This document shows positions 1 to 12,047 of a stretch of 64,000 bases of DNA, piece by piece (positions within the stretch are counted from its first letter, which is position 1; each line of letters starts with the position of its first letter). The stretch is taken from NCBI GenBank assembly GCA_052426225.1, contig JBNJNM010000008.1, positions 1,736,001 to 1,800,000 of the forward strand, written 5' to 3'. Origin of the DNA: Zancudomyces culisetae HAW-14-8. Its lineage: Eukaryota; Fungi; Kickxellomycota. A program made the position numbers and the translations under genes. Below the pieces are notes generated by a model. It was not told the DNA's origin and did no database searches. It saw only the letters and a list, made by a program, of their open reading frames with translations.

Positions 1-789
1 GCTACAAACGCGTATGTTTCTCATCTACTGAAGGAATTCCGCTCGCACGTATTCCCTGTTAGAGCACAAGTCATCTCTCCTGCACCCCAATACTGTACCA
101 ACCTGTTTGACTATGGTCTAAGCTTAAGATATGGTTTGGAATATGCCATTCAGAGGGATTATCCTAAAGGAAGATTAATCTTTGGTGGGCGTCGTACATC
201 CTCAAAAACACTTGAAGTGGATACCGCCAACGACGCTGAATTAAACCCCGACCTGTGCCGTGATCTTAGAAACGATTTGAAAACACCACAGCTCGGAAAT
301 ATAGGCAATCATCCAGAAATTGAGTACGACCTTAGAGAATGGACTGGAATCATGGGCTTTTCTGACGATGTCTACCCTTATGTTGGTCAGCTATTAGGTC
401 AAGATGGAGCGCTTGTGGGAGGACAATATGCTTCCGTTGGATTTTCAGGACATGGAATGCCAAAGTGCTTTAGATGCGGCCGTGAAGTCGCACGTCTTAT
501 TTCTGAGTCTTACATCGCTCCTTCCGATGCAGTGGCGATTAGAAATAACTCCAGCTCTGTAAAGAACACAGATTATGAATATCTGCGTCAAATGGCTGAG
601 TTTTCTGACCAAAAGGCTACAAAGAAACTGGACACCAGTGTTTGGCAACCAGTTGGAGTCCATGATATAGATACTTGGGACTACCCACTTCCAAATGCCT
701 TTAAAATTACACCAGAAAGAATGAGCTCTGTTAACTCGGCGAACTGGGCAAACAGAACCCTGATTGCTATCCCCGATTCAAAATTGTAG
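1..789 (+). CDS. FAD-dependent oxidoreductase, DAO/PuuB (gamma-glutamylputrescine oxidase)-like family; 5' end outside window
   Basis: Frame is open from base 1: ATNAYVSHLL...FPVRAQV, EYAIQR..GRLIFGG, WTGIMGFSDDVYPYVG and GFSGHGM are C-terminal motifs of DAO-family flavoproteins. Stop TAG at 787-789. Confidence 0.85.
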   Translation, partial: ATNAYVSHLLKEFRSHVFPVRAQVISPAPQYCTNLFDYGLSLRYGLEYAIQRDYPKGRLIFGGRRTSSKTLEVDTANDAELNPDLCRDLRNDLKTPQLGNIGNHPEIEYDLREWTGIMGFSDDVYPYVGQLLGQDGALVGGQYASVGFSGHGMPKCFRCGREVARLISESYIAPSDAVAIRNNSSSVKNTDYEYLRQMAEFSDQKATKKLDTSVWQPVGVHDIDTWDYPLPNAFKITPERMSSVNSANWANRTLIAIPDSKL

Positions 790-2595
790 TTTTTTTTTTC
801 TCATGCAACCCTCTCTTTTTTTTCTCGTTTGGTCCACTACTCCTACTTATTTCTCTACAAATAACATAAACAGATGAAATAAGCATAGACTTTTTACTCG
901 CAAATAACATAAATTATATATCACCTCCCCCCCCCAACCTCCTTGTGCACAGACGTCGGTTTTTTTATTTACAGTGTGTGTATTATAATGCGTTTGTTGG
1001 TTACACTTCATTTTCATTTTCTCCCATTTTTTGCAAATAAGAATAGTATACCCCCCAGAAACGAACTCCTTAAACCAAACCTGGTGGGTATAAAACCTAA
1101 AAGATATTGAGTGTGTTTGGTTAGGCAGCTACAATTTGAAAAATAATTGTAGCATTTTCGTAATTTTCTACTTTATAAGTCCGGCATGTAAAAAAACTAA
1201 TGATTAGACATGGGACAGTATTTTTCCCTCCCTGTTGGTTTTGGATGCCAAAGTATACTTTTCTCAGGACTTCAAAGCGGTGGAGAAAAGTTGAGTAACT
1301 AAAAAATATGGCAGTATACACAACATGCTATTGTGAAACAAAAATTGCGTATATATGCATACTAGTAGCTGGCTTGTCACAAAGGAATGTGTTAACGCCA
1401 GTAAAACCGCCACACTTATATAGAGAGAACCTGCGTTTGTTAGTGGCTGTATTCCCAATTAGGGGTTTTTCAGGGATTACTGCAATTAGTGTTGAATCAA
1501 CCTATAAAGTAAGTACAGTTATCGGTATTTATAAGGGTGTTGAGAGGAGCAAACTAAAAGCAATTCTGGTAACCCAAGAAAATGTGAATAACTACTTTTG
1601 GTTGACAACCAAGTAGCCAATATTGTATATTATTTCAAAAATATCTAGGAATAAGAAAAACTTCGAGTGGTTGGTGGAAGGTGATTCTATAGAAATGTTA
1701 ATATAAGTTCATCCAACAAGTTCTGATATGGAGAGGAAGAGAAAAAAGAGGGGGTCTAAAGGCGATTGAAACTTAAGAGTGTATGCACAAACACGCGAGA
1801 CTGCATTTTATTTGACAACGAAAACCTTGAAGATACATAAGGTGAATTAGTAGAACCACATCTATTGGTATAGGTGAGGTGAGAACAAAAGCGGAAGAGG
1901 AGGAAGGGTTAAAAAAAATGGTTCGATATTTCCTAACTATACCACGAATACAGTCAAGAGGTATTTCTAAACTCATGTTTTAGGAGATTGAGTATTAAAT
2001 GATATTTTATCAACAAATTCCTTCCTTTAATACACAAAATAGTTTTACTTTGGGCAATTTGAGATATCCAAAACAAGCCGAAATATAAGATGTTTATTTA
2101 CAACTCAGCCTTTGTATAATATGAAGGCAAAGTTGCAAAAAAAGAACTAGAATGAATACAAACAAGTGCTCAGGAAGTGTAAGGTTTATTTTTCTTTCTA
2201 ATAGTAACGAGATAATTCTAATTACAGCTATGGCTAACTACACAAAAGGTGCAGCTGAGCATTTACTGATCAAGAGACGGATTTCTCCCCTGATAAACGA
2301 AACAAATGTTGCGCAAAAAGAATAATTAGATCGCAAATAGCACGAAAAAAAGGAGAAATGTAAAAAATTCGCCCAGTGTAGGAGAGGGGGGGAGGGGCAT
2401 GAAATAAAAGGGAGAGAGAATGAAGACGCGCTGAGCCCGAAAAAAAATTCAAAACCCATTTGAAAAGTAATACTACACAAAGTAAATCAATACACATCTT
2501 AAGGTAGATAATTATAAGTAACATGTGGTACCTGTGACTAAATCTAAGAAGTAAGTGTACGGAGGGGAGAGGAGAGAGAGAAAATATATGTGTAA

Positions 2596-4707
2596 CTAAG
2601 GGGAGAGATTGTTGCTTCGTAAGCTGTGGATGCGATTCACGGCATTGCTGTGACAGCAGGCAGAGATTTTATCGACAACTGCAGTACCAACAGTATCACT
2701 AGAGGCAATGGAAACCTTGAGGCTAACAAATGAGGGACAACTAACAGCCACCCGTGCAAATGGTCTAATTCCATTGACACTGATATGCGGGTTACTTGAT
2801 AAGTTTATCCCTTCAATTACATTCTGCTTCAAAATGGATTCCGCTATAGCCGCTGAAATTTCATCGTTTATACCGCAACTTTCCAAAACAAGCCGTTTTA
2901 GTGATATGTTTCTAGAAAGCCAAAATCTGAATAGGTTTGCTGTATTGGATGAGGAGTCTGCGGAAAGAGGGTTTTTGCTCAAATCCAACAAAGTTAGCGA
3001 AAGACTGCTCAAGAGTTTATTGGATATTGAAGCCAATATCTCACAATTAATTGAGGTGTCTCGCAGAACAAGTGTTTCGAGCGCGATGTTATTTCCCAGA
3101 CCAGAAAATATGTTTGAAACGCCTGAGGACAACTCGTTGTGGGAAAGGTCCAAAAACTTTAGTCGGGATGTAGAAACAACAGGGGAGATGGGAGAATCTG
3201 AGGATTCAGTACACGAAAGATAGCTGCTATTGTAAGAAGAAGAAGCGAGGCTAGAGTAGTTTGAAGCACTAAAGAATCGCCTGAAGGCCAAACTATACTG
3301 TTTACCAATACCATTTTTTCGTAGATATAACCTGGTAACATTGGAGTTTTTGACTGCGTCTAGAATCCGTTCAAGGGCCTGCATGTTAAACGAACAGTTA
3401 TCCAACACAAGCGTGAAGTCGGATCCATTGGTGCGTTGTGGAATATTTGCCAATTCGTTGGAAAGCCATTTGGAGCCCTCTCTCTTAATTGGAATGCCTG
3501 AAAAGTTAACTTTGTTGAGAGTAGGTATTTTGAAAAGTGAGGAGCTCAGATATTTTAGGCCTGCGCACGTTATACCTGGGTTATTTGAAATATTCACTGA
3601 CTCAAGAGAAACGCTATGCATCAGAGTATACGATAGAATTTTTACAAACTCATCGCTCAACCCACAACCCTCTAACTCTAGAACTCTCAGTCGCCGAAAA
3701 CGTTCAATCAAATCTGACAGACTTCTAGGGCACTTATCCACGCCTTTTACTTTGTTTAGTTTCAGAACACTTAGCGGTTCCATATTCTTTATAGAGTCTT
3801 TCAACGCTTGAACAACCTGCGTGATCTTTGGTTCACTATACTCGCTACATGATCTCTCGTAACTTCCTAAAAGTCCATTCAAATTTTTTTGCACAACTGA
3901 CTCTACAACCTCCTTTTTGGGTCTCCAGCTGTACTTCAATAGACCCTTAAGGCCAAATCGCTCACTGCTTTTATTTCCCTTTGGGTTGAGCTCAAAAAAT
4001 TCGGATTCGCTAAGACCAGGCTCTTCAGGATCATAAATAACTATCCCCTTGGGACTTACAAACCTGACTCGCATTATTTCCCTATTTTTCCCCCTTTTGG
4101 GTTGCATTGCTTCGTTAACCGTCTTTTCAGATAAGCTCTCTGGAGTCGAGTTTGGCGCTCTATGTTCTTCATATATATTAGGATCCGCGTCTGAAGCGAG
4201 ATAATTCTCCACGTATGTACTTTCGTTGCTTTCCGAGCCATAAGAAGAGCTGTACTCTGTTACATACGATTCTTTTCCGTATTGTATATCAAACGTAGGT
4301 GAAAATGAATCCAAGCTTGACTCCTCTTTGGGTTTTGCATAGCTGATCCGCTTCTTTTCAAGCTCATCTACTACCAGCCTGGAAAATCTTTTATTTAAAG
4401 GAGTATCGCCGCTAACCGCCGAAGCGTTGTTATTGAAACCGGTGTTTTTTATGTAGTTTTCTGCAAAGGGCTCTACGCCTATGCGCTTTTCGAGATATTT
4501 CATAAACCCATCAGCTATATCTTCGCTATTGGGGGTTTTGTGAGTAATAGATCCAAAAATCCTTGCTCCTGCACTTTCATTTTCAGTTTTTAAATCTCTT
4601 CTTTCCACATTTGTTTCCAAAAATTGCTGTATGTTGTTCATTCTTTGATAATTCTTTCCCACTGTGTACTTCTTCTGGTGATAGTCATGATATTCATAAA
4701 TCTCCAT
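2596..4707 (-). CDS. RNI-like leucine-rich-repeat protein with RVxF PP1-docking motif (PPP1R37/Mhp1-like)
   Basis: Intronless 703-aa ORF with a disordered N-terminus, then MRVRF, then many LRRs (LRVLELEGCGL, LESVNISNN, LKFLDLSHNEL, LTLLDLSKNPL, LKRLVLESCGI). Confidence 0.75.
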   Translation of the reverse strand: MEIYEYHDYHQKKYTVGKNYQRMNNIQQFLETNVERRDLKTENESAGARIFGSITHKTPNSEDIADGFMKYLEKRIGVEPFAENYIKNTGFNNNASAVSGDTPLNKRFSRLVVDELEKKRISYAKPKEESSLDSFSPTFDIQYGKESYVTEYSSSYGSESNESTYVENYLASDADPNIYEEHRAPNSTPESLSEKTVNEAMQPKRGKNREIMRVRFVSPKGIVIYDPEEPGLSESEFFELNPKGNKSSERFGLKGLLKYSWRPKKEVVESVVQKNLNGLLGSYERSCSEYSEPKITQVVQALKDSIKNMEPLSVLKLNKVKGVDKCPRSLSDLIERFRRLRVLELEGCGLSDEFVKILSYTLMHSVSLESVNISNNPGITCAGLKYLSSSLFKIPTLNKVNFSGIPIKREGSKWLSNELANIPQRTNGSDFTLVLDNCSFNMQALERILDAVKNSNVTRLYLRKNGIGKQYSLAFRRFFSASNYSSLASSSYNSSYLSCTESSDSPISPVVSTSRLKFLDLSHNELSSGVSNIFSGLGNNIALETLVLRDTSINCEILASISNKLLSSLSLTLLDLSKNPLSADSSSNTANLFRFWLSRNISLKRLVLESCGINDEISAAIAESILKQNVIEGINLSSNPHISVNGIRPFARVAVSCPSFVSLKVSIASSDTVGTAVVDKISACCHSNAVNRIHSLRSNNLSP

Positions 4708-7524
4708 GCTGTTGTAAATGATTTTAATTAAATGAGAAAGATCAAATATTGATAAAAATTGGTTTGATAGGTTTATACTTATGCGCTTCTCACCTTCTTA
4801 GCTTTGGAATTATTCTTTTGGTAATATGATCTAAGTTTATATGTTGATCATAAACCAGAAGGTCAAAAAAGGAGGGAGGAGCGATGCAAGGTTTTGAAAT
4901 GAACTTTTCCTAACTAGCTCCTATGTTTCTTGAAATAGAGTTAAAAGATGAGTAGTTAGATGCTATAGCTTTCGGTGTTTATCTAGCCGAAATGGAGAAG
5001 AGTCTAAAAGAAATTCTACAACTTTTATTTCAAAGAGTTAGCAAATTTTTCTATTATCTTTTTCTTCTCGTTAATTTGTGTAGAATTTTAGCTTTATTTT
5101 TTTGGTATATTACAAAATATTGGGAAGGGGAATTGTGAGGATAAGTACAAGGAATATTCAGTTTAAAACCATGCATATTTGGAAAAAAAAATCCCTTTTT
5201 GTACAACATTGTGACTTTTGAAACCTTTGGAACTTATGGATTATGTAATTTTTGTGGTATTTTAGATATTCTGCTCTATTAAATTTTAATCTATTTATTT
5301 AACAGGTTCGTCAAACTAAGAAAAATAATAATATTCAAAAAAAAAACAAAGTCTTGCTATATAATTTGTGGAATGACAAGATCAGGAGGTATGTCCACCG
5401 GTTTTTCTTTATGCATAATGTGCTAGAAGCCATAAAATAAGCTGGATTAGTCGCCGGATTAGTCGCTGGATTTGGTATCATTAATAAACACAACCTCATA
5501 TTAATAATGATTTTGAATATTCGTCCAGGAGAAAACAGACCAAATTTACATTTGCGATATTACAAAAACGGTGAAAGTAAAGTTTACTAAGCTGATTCTA
5601 AAAATAGAGCTGCGAGTGTCCTAAAAATAAATTGAGCTTTGCAAAAAAAAGGTATTAGCTAATCAATCTAAAAATCATCATAATAAATTATGATCCGATT
5701 CACTTAAATTGAAGATTGATAACAGAGAAACAGTTTAAGTAAATACACGTGTGCGTATTTATTCCTGTCAATGTTATACACACAAGCATTGGTTATGCAG
5801 CTAAAAATGAAAACAGGAAGTATATTATATTATGTGCTACAGCTTATCATTTTTTTTCCTCCTTTGTTGTTTGACCCACCCTGAGCCAAATATCTAAGAA
5901 CATGTGGCTTTTGGGACTATGCTCTAGGTTTTTGTATATGGTAACTATGAAAAAAAAAATAACGGTGTGATTATTTTGTTTAATTTATTTGTGTTTGAAC
6001 AATATGTAACAAATAGAATTTTGTGATCATATTAACTTATTGAATATCGATCACAAATATGACTAGCTATGAGTGAAGAACTGGATTGAGTTTAATCCAG
6101 AAATAAAAAGATTGCCTACACCTCGAAAAAATATAGTGGCATACATTCATACCAAGGGCAGTTGTACTTTTGTTGCCATTTACACTTACGTGGATAATAT
6201 AAACTACAAACAAACACACACTCACACACACCAACTACTTTTACGTATAAAAAAGCAAAAATCAAAAAAGGATAATAATCCTTTTGATACAGCATTATCG
6301 CAATGTTCGCGTATATCTGACATAAATTCACAGATTAAAAAATATGTACTGCAGTCCACTACAAGGAGATAGATTAGAAACCTGATGGATATTTCTCTTT
6401 ATTCTATTCGACTCACACATTTTGGTTTATTTGATTTTGACGTTGTATGAATGGGTAATGGGCGGATGTATGGTCGTATATATTACAAATATACCACATT
6501 TGGCATTATCTATTTCCTTTATAACCAAAAATGATATTTCATGAACTAATGGCTACTATGCAGCACGAAAGATAATGGCACAACAAGTATGCATCAATAA
6601 TGAAGAAGCTGGACTTGTACAGATCAACATAACCCATTCACCTTTTCAGAAAAAAGTGCCAGAATTAGAAATCCCTTTTGAAGCGGACTAGATACTGCTA
6701 TTAAGAATGATATGGTACTTGACATTTAAGGATGGGGGATTGCTTTTGTCCTTCTTTTTATTTTGATTCGCCACAATTCGACCTAAATAATGGTGCATTC
6801 TCAACAAATTATCAATAGCAAGTAGGAATTTTAGAATTAAAAGGACAGGGTTTTCAAAAAGGTTAGTTGTAAATTTGTAGCAAAAAAAAAGATAAATTTA
6901 GACCCTCATTAATTACCAGTTTTCCTCTTCTAGTTAGTGGGAGGAGGAGGGTGGAGGTGTATATCCAATTTAAAACTGATTAAAAAAGATTCAGCTGTAA
7001 ACCCAAAACGTATACAACTTGACCTCGCAATAAAACCAGCTGTAAATAGGCAAAAATGTTATTCTAGAACCAGCGTCTACAATCAATTGCCAATTGGTGT
7101 AACAACGGCGAGTAAAACGTCCATTAATTATTAATGTTGTTTCTGTATTTTTCACGAGTAGGATGGCTAGAATTTATAGATTTATATTTTGGTCATCCAC
7201 TTGGCTTGCCGCATACTAGTCAATCCTACAACATAAAATAACTATCTTTGCGATGAATAATGAGTATACCCATACATCTGATTCTACTACCAACACCACA
7301 TATTTCATTACCAACCTCGAGTCAAAAGCACAGAGTATCCACTTAGTTTTATTTCGACTAACCACAAAAAAAAACAACAATGTAGAGTTTTAGAATGACA
7401 TATCAAGGGAAGAACACTCCCTTCAGCTAATACCAAGTTAAAATATCTGTTATAAGTACAAACAAAAAAAATTAAATAAATAAATAAGTACAAAACTCTA
7501 ATTGTTTTTCAAATAGGCCCGAGA

Positions 7525-9621
7525 TCAGTTCGTCGCAAGCTTGGTTTCTAAAAAGTCGGCAACATCTACTGGTTTCATTGTTTTATATCCCAAAACCGAT
7601 CTCTTCAGGTGATCCCACCTTTCTCTAGCGGTGTGGCAGTTAGCCGCAACATTGGAACTGGATAATTCTGCAACAACTTTTTTCCAAGGAATCCGCGCAT
7701 TATGGGTTAGGTATGCGTTTTTGATGGCCCTGATCAACAGCAAATCCATGCTGGGGGTCCACTGGGCAGCCAGTTCAATGTCATTATCATGTTTTGTATT
7801 GAACCCATTCCATTTGCCCCTACATTGCGCTGCGTTTCGTGTTTGAACCAATGAAGCTATTTGCTCCCAAGACACCGATATTTTCGCACCATAGACAACT
7901 TTATATGGTTGAATATCGGCCTTTTTCCGTAATTTGTATATTGAGTCGATCAAAAGGCGGGTCTCTTCTTTAGTCCATGGTCCAGTTTGTCTGGTGCTTT
8001 TGTTGGGTTTTATGTATCTCCACCTATCTCTACAGTTAGTGCCAGTGCGACCCATTCTTCTTCCAATGACCTCCCAACGGGGACCTAATCTTTCGTACCA
8101 GCTATTTGTTGCATTTCAAAATAAATGTTATAGCCCAAAGATATACTCAAATTATGATTGTGATTTGCTTGTTTATAGAGTGTTACAGTTATCAAGTCAT
8201 CCACATGTTTCAATTTAGTACATGCATATATGAGCGGGTTGCCAGTAGATAACCATCTATATATCACGCTTTCTTATAAAAAGCAAATATAAGCCAAGTA
8301 AAATATATATAAATAACGCTTACAAAAATAACTGGTTGTCTTCTGCTTCTGACCAATTTCCTTTGTAGTTTTTAGGGTTATAAATCCTTTTAATATGATG
8401 ATAAATGGCTTGGAGTGGTCTGTTAGTGATTGACCCGCAAATCTGCCTCCAAACACCATTGTATTCCTCCTGATCATTTGGATTTTTCTGGAATAGGAAT
8501 TGAAGCAACGAATCTTTAGTCCAATTCTTTTGCGCGCAGACACGAGCTATTGCCTCTGATATAATACTGTCTTCCTCGTCTGTAAACTTCCCACTTGAGT
8601 ACGTTATACCATGAGACTGTTTTAGTTTCTTTAGTCGATGCGATGAGATCCACCTTTCACTGACAGATACCTTTTTTTGATTGTCTCCTTCGCTCGTGTA
8701 GAAAGAGCTATTTCTGTTAAAATTTGCGGCATCTTTGTCGAATTGCAATGAAGCGGGCCGTGGAAGTAGCTGTACCCCAGTCCCAACTTTGCCAGCTTCG
8801 CCGTCTACAATTACGTCCCTACGCCATACAGGAGTTGGTTCGGGTGTTATTGTTATTTTACTATTCTTTTCCACAACTGGGGTTTTTTTAGCCACCGACT
8901 CGTTGGTTTTCCTGAAAGCTGTGCTTTCGGCGACCTGGATCATCTCTGACACTATACCAACTGACCCGTTTGAATTGCCATCTACATATTCTCTACCTCT
9001 TTTTAGGTCTATCGGATCTGGAAGAATTTCTGTGGTTTCTCCTCTTCCCAGCTCATATGAATTAGGATGCTCCACATCCTCATCTATTTCGGTGTTTACG
9101 AATTTTAGTTCTTCTCTGATCCCACCCGAATTTAAAATTTCTTGTTTTAGTTGCCGCACCAACTCTGGATTCGATTGAAAGTTATGCAGCAAAAACAGCT
9201 CTATTCTGCTCCTCAATGTGGAGAATAGCTTCTCTTCCTCTTTTTTCTCCAGTTGCAAGCCGTTGAAAAGTGCTGTAGAAACATTAGAATTCTCTACCAA
9301 TGCAAGATTGTTCTGCAAAACAACATTTCCACCATCCTTTCTTTCAATCAGTACTTGATTTAGGGATTCTTGGAAAATATCGATAAGTTTGTCGGCAGGT
9401 ATAATCTCGTGTACCTTTATAAACATACCGGTCAAACGATCAACTTGACCCTGTGCGGCATTGTGTGTCGCTTTCTGGTTATAACTATGTCCAGGCTGTT
9501 TGCTTCTTTTTTTGGAAGAGCTTTCTCTTGCAGTTTTCGATGTTTTCGATAACTTCGATGCTTTCGATATTTCATTCAGATCATTGCTAGCTGTTCTCTT
9601 TTTTTTCATCAGAGCCTCCAT
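7525..9621 (-). CDS. Myb/SANT-repeat DNA-binding protein, Reb1/DMTF1/TTF1-like (~624 aa, 2 exons)
   Basis: Exons 9621-8324 and 8101-7525, with a GTAAGC...AATAG intron at 8323-8102. The join gives KGNWSEAEDNQLFFWYERLGPRWEVIGRRMGRTGTNCRDRWR. Further Myb repeats: GKFTDEED, GPWTKEE...WEQIA...RNAAQCRGKW, WTPSMD...IPWKKV. Confidence 0.85.
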
Positions 9622-10679
9622 TTTTCATGTACAGGTTTGATACATTTGAACAACCGGTGCTATGGATTGTATCAATACAATTGTACCTCGATAACGATGT
9701 TCAATGTAGTACTAAATATACTGGCTGAAAAGTAAAGAAAGACTACCTATCTCTCTAAATTTAGACCTTTTTTAAAAATTCTATTTTTGCTAGTGTTAGG
9801 AGGAATAAAATCTTTAAACTTTTGTATTTACATATTCCTAGCTAGACTAAAATATCATTCAGGAATTCGAGAGCAAAAAATTATTTCCGTGCGAATTTGT
9901 AATTTCCTCATATCTCCAAATCATCTTTTTGAAGTGAGCTTGATAAAAACCTAACCGCTGAAAACAAAAAGTTGCACAAATTCATGTGCAAAAACCATTC
10001 CAAAGTAATAAAAAAGATGTTGTTACAGAAGCACGTAAATTTCGCATTTATGAAGGTTGTCTGTGACAAAGTGGAAAGCGGAAAGCGGAAAGCGGAAAGT
10101 ATATAAGCTAATCGCATACCAATTTTTTGGATAAACACAAAATATATAGAATAAATCACTATTACAGGCTCCTGGGACTAAATTCAGTATATATAAAACA
10201 AGTCCATCATGGTATGTCTTTTTGAGGAAAAGGAATGTTGAATGGAAATATTTAAAAACTTCAAATACTGTAAAGCTAAAAACACACACACACCAGTTGA
10301 TGCATTTAAAGTAGAGTCAGTATACATATCACGAGTATTCCAGTTCTAGTATCGTAGCGCTCTATATAAAGGCGAAAGAAATACATTTTACTTAGAATCC
10401 GGTCGCCGAGGAAGATTCTGGTTGTTCTAAACTCAAAAAAATAAGACTCCATGACATCAACATGCTTTATTTAATTACCAAACTTTTTTTTTTTTTGACA
10501 AACATTAAATTAACAAACTACAGGAAATAATAGGACAATAAAGAGCTGTTTGGTTTAGTAACAAAGCTTTTTCATAAATTATTAATACCGGTTAATATTT
10601 TACCATTTAATATGCGCTTAGTTGAGGAGATGAGGGAGGGAAAGAACTGCATTAAAAAGAAAAACAGGGTGAGACGTAA

Positions 10680-12047
10680 TCAAACAAAGCCCTGTACTTT
10701 TGTAGTCTCAGAAAAGGAGACATTTGAGGGGAATGATTCAGAAGCCGAATTAATTACAGTGGTGTCAGTTCCAGTTGTGGAGTGATCTTGACTGCTTTGA
10801 GTTCCCATTGTCGAAAAAAAATCAACACTCTTTTCATCACTTGAAGATTTAAATTCCAAGTCAAAGGGAGAATCGCTGATTGGGTTGCTTTTTTGTCTTT
10901 CGTGGATTTTTTGATGTCTTCTTAGGTTGCTCATTACAGAGAAGCTCTTTCCACAACCTTCGGAGGTGCAATGATATGGCTTTTCGCCGGTATGAGAGTT
11001 CATATGTGTAGCCAGCGTTGAAGGCCTCGCAAAAAATTTGTGGCATACACTGCACAGGTATCTTTTACGCTGTGAGGATGAATATTGGTGGTTTCCGAAT
11101 CTTACATTAGGATTGATTAGAGGAGAAAATCTATAGAAATTTCCAGGTTGTACATCAAATTTTGAGACAATGGTAGGATTATTTGGGCTGTAGCCAGTAT
11201 TTGTAAAGGGGTTTTCACAGTATTCAACACCAGCGTGGCCCCTTATGTAAGACATGTTATTTTTGGGGCTTCTAAAGAGATTCTGCTGGTTAATTGAGGG
11301 CAAGCTATAAGCTCCGGGATTGTAAGCAATAGGACTTACTTGAACATCACCACCAATATATCTATTTGCATTTTCAGGTTGATTCATAAAATCGTTAGGC
11401 CTAAAGTTGGCCTTGTCATTAATTAGGTAGGGTGGTTGGGTTATGTAACATTCAGGTGTTTGTGCGTAAGCAACTGTTGGGCTAACCAGAACTCTGTCTC
11501 TATTGGTCATAGTTTTGGGAGTTTTGTCGTAGCTACCACAAATCGAATGGTTAGAATGTGCACTAAGTGTGTTATCCCCTCGTATGATTATACCTGGTGT
11601 CGAGCCATCCAAATACTGTGGAGCTCTCGAACTTCTTGGAGTAGTTAGTGGAGAATTGTAGTTGTAGCTGTTTTGGTTGCCCTCAAAGTGTTCTCTTCCA
11701 TTAGACAGTCTTATTTCATTCTGTGGTATATCTTTACCGATGTATCCCACATCGTAGCTTTTAATTTTGGGGTTGTATCCATTAATCATGCACTTTTCAA
11801 TACTTTCTTGGTTGCCGAATGGAAGATCTATTCCTACAACACCTTTACTCAGCTCATTCTCCGCTTCCTGTGGTGTATTTGGCAAAAAATCTCTAATATT
11901 CAGACCAAGTAATGGTTTTGCTCCTAGCTCATTCTCAAACCCCAATGGTTTTTGACAGTTCGCTTGCCATTGTAGATACTGGTAATTTTCATTTCCAAAT
12001 AGCGCACCATTGTGCTTTTTTTCAAACATACCCTGACTCATATCCAT
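10680..12047 (-). CDS. C2H2 zinc-finger transcription factor with two fingers (FlbC/MtfA-type)
   Basis: 455-aa ORF containing YLCSVCHKFFARPSTLATHMNSH-TGEKPY-HCTSEGCGKSFSVMSNLRRHQKIH; N-terminus is low-complexity and N/P/S-rich. Confidence 0.9.
   Translation of the reverse strand: MDMSQGMFEKKHNGALFGNENYQYLQWQANCQKPLGFENELGAKPLLGLNIRDFLPNTPQEAENELSKGVVGIDLPFGNQESIEKCMINGYNPKIKSYDVGYIGKDIPQNEIRLSNGREHFEGNQNSYNYNSPLTTPRSSRAPQYLDGSTPGIIIRGDNTLSAHSNHSICGSYDKTPKTMTNRDRVLVSPTVAYAQTPECYITQPPYLINDKANFRPNDFMNQPENANRYIGGDVQVSPIAYNPGAYSLPSINQQNLFRSPKNNMSYIRGHAGVEYCENPFTNTGYSPNNPTIVSKFDVQPGNFYRFSPLINPNVRFGNHQYSSSQRKRYLCSVCHKFFARPSTLATHMNSHTGEKPYHCTSEGCGKSFSVMSNLRRHQKIHERQKSNPISDSPFDLEFKSSSDEKSVDFFSTMGTQSSQDHSTTGTDTTVINSASESFPSNVSFSETTKVQGFV

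Noticed and set aside
5441-5473. 12-bp tandem repeat GCTGGATTAGTC x ~2.7
   Set aside because: Short local duplication with no associated element or terminal repeats.
6073-6690. Short + strand ORFs in the LRR/Myb intergenic region
   Set aside because: No recognisable domain or consistent splice model; one includes a CA microsatellite. Treated as non-coding.
10358-10382. Minus-strand TCTTTCGCCTTTATATAGAG resembling U5 snRNA loop I
   Set aside because: The invariant GCCUUUUAC loop is broken, the stem is weak, and I found no Sm site or flanking U5 structure.
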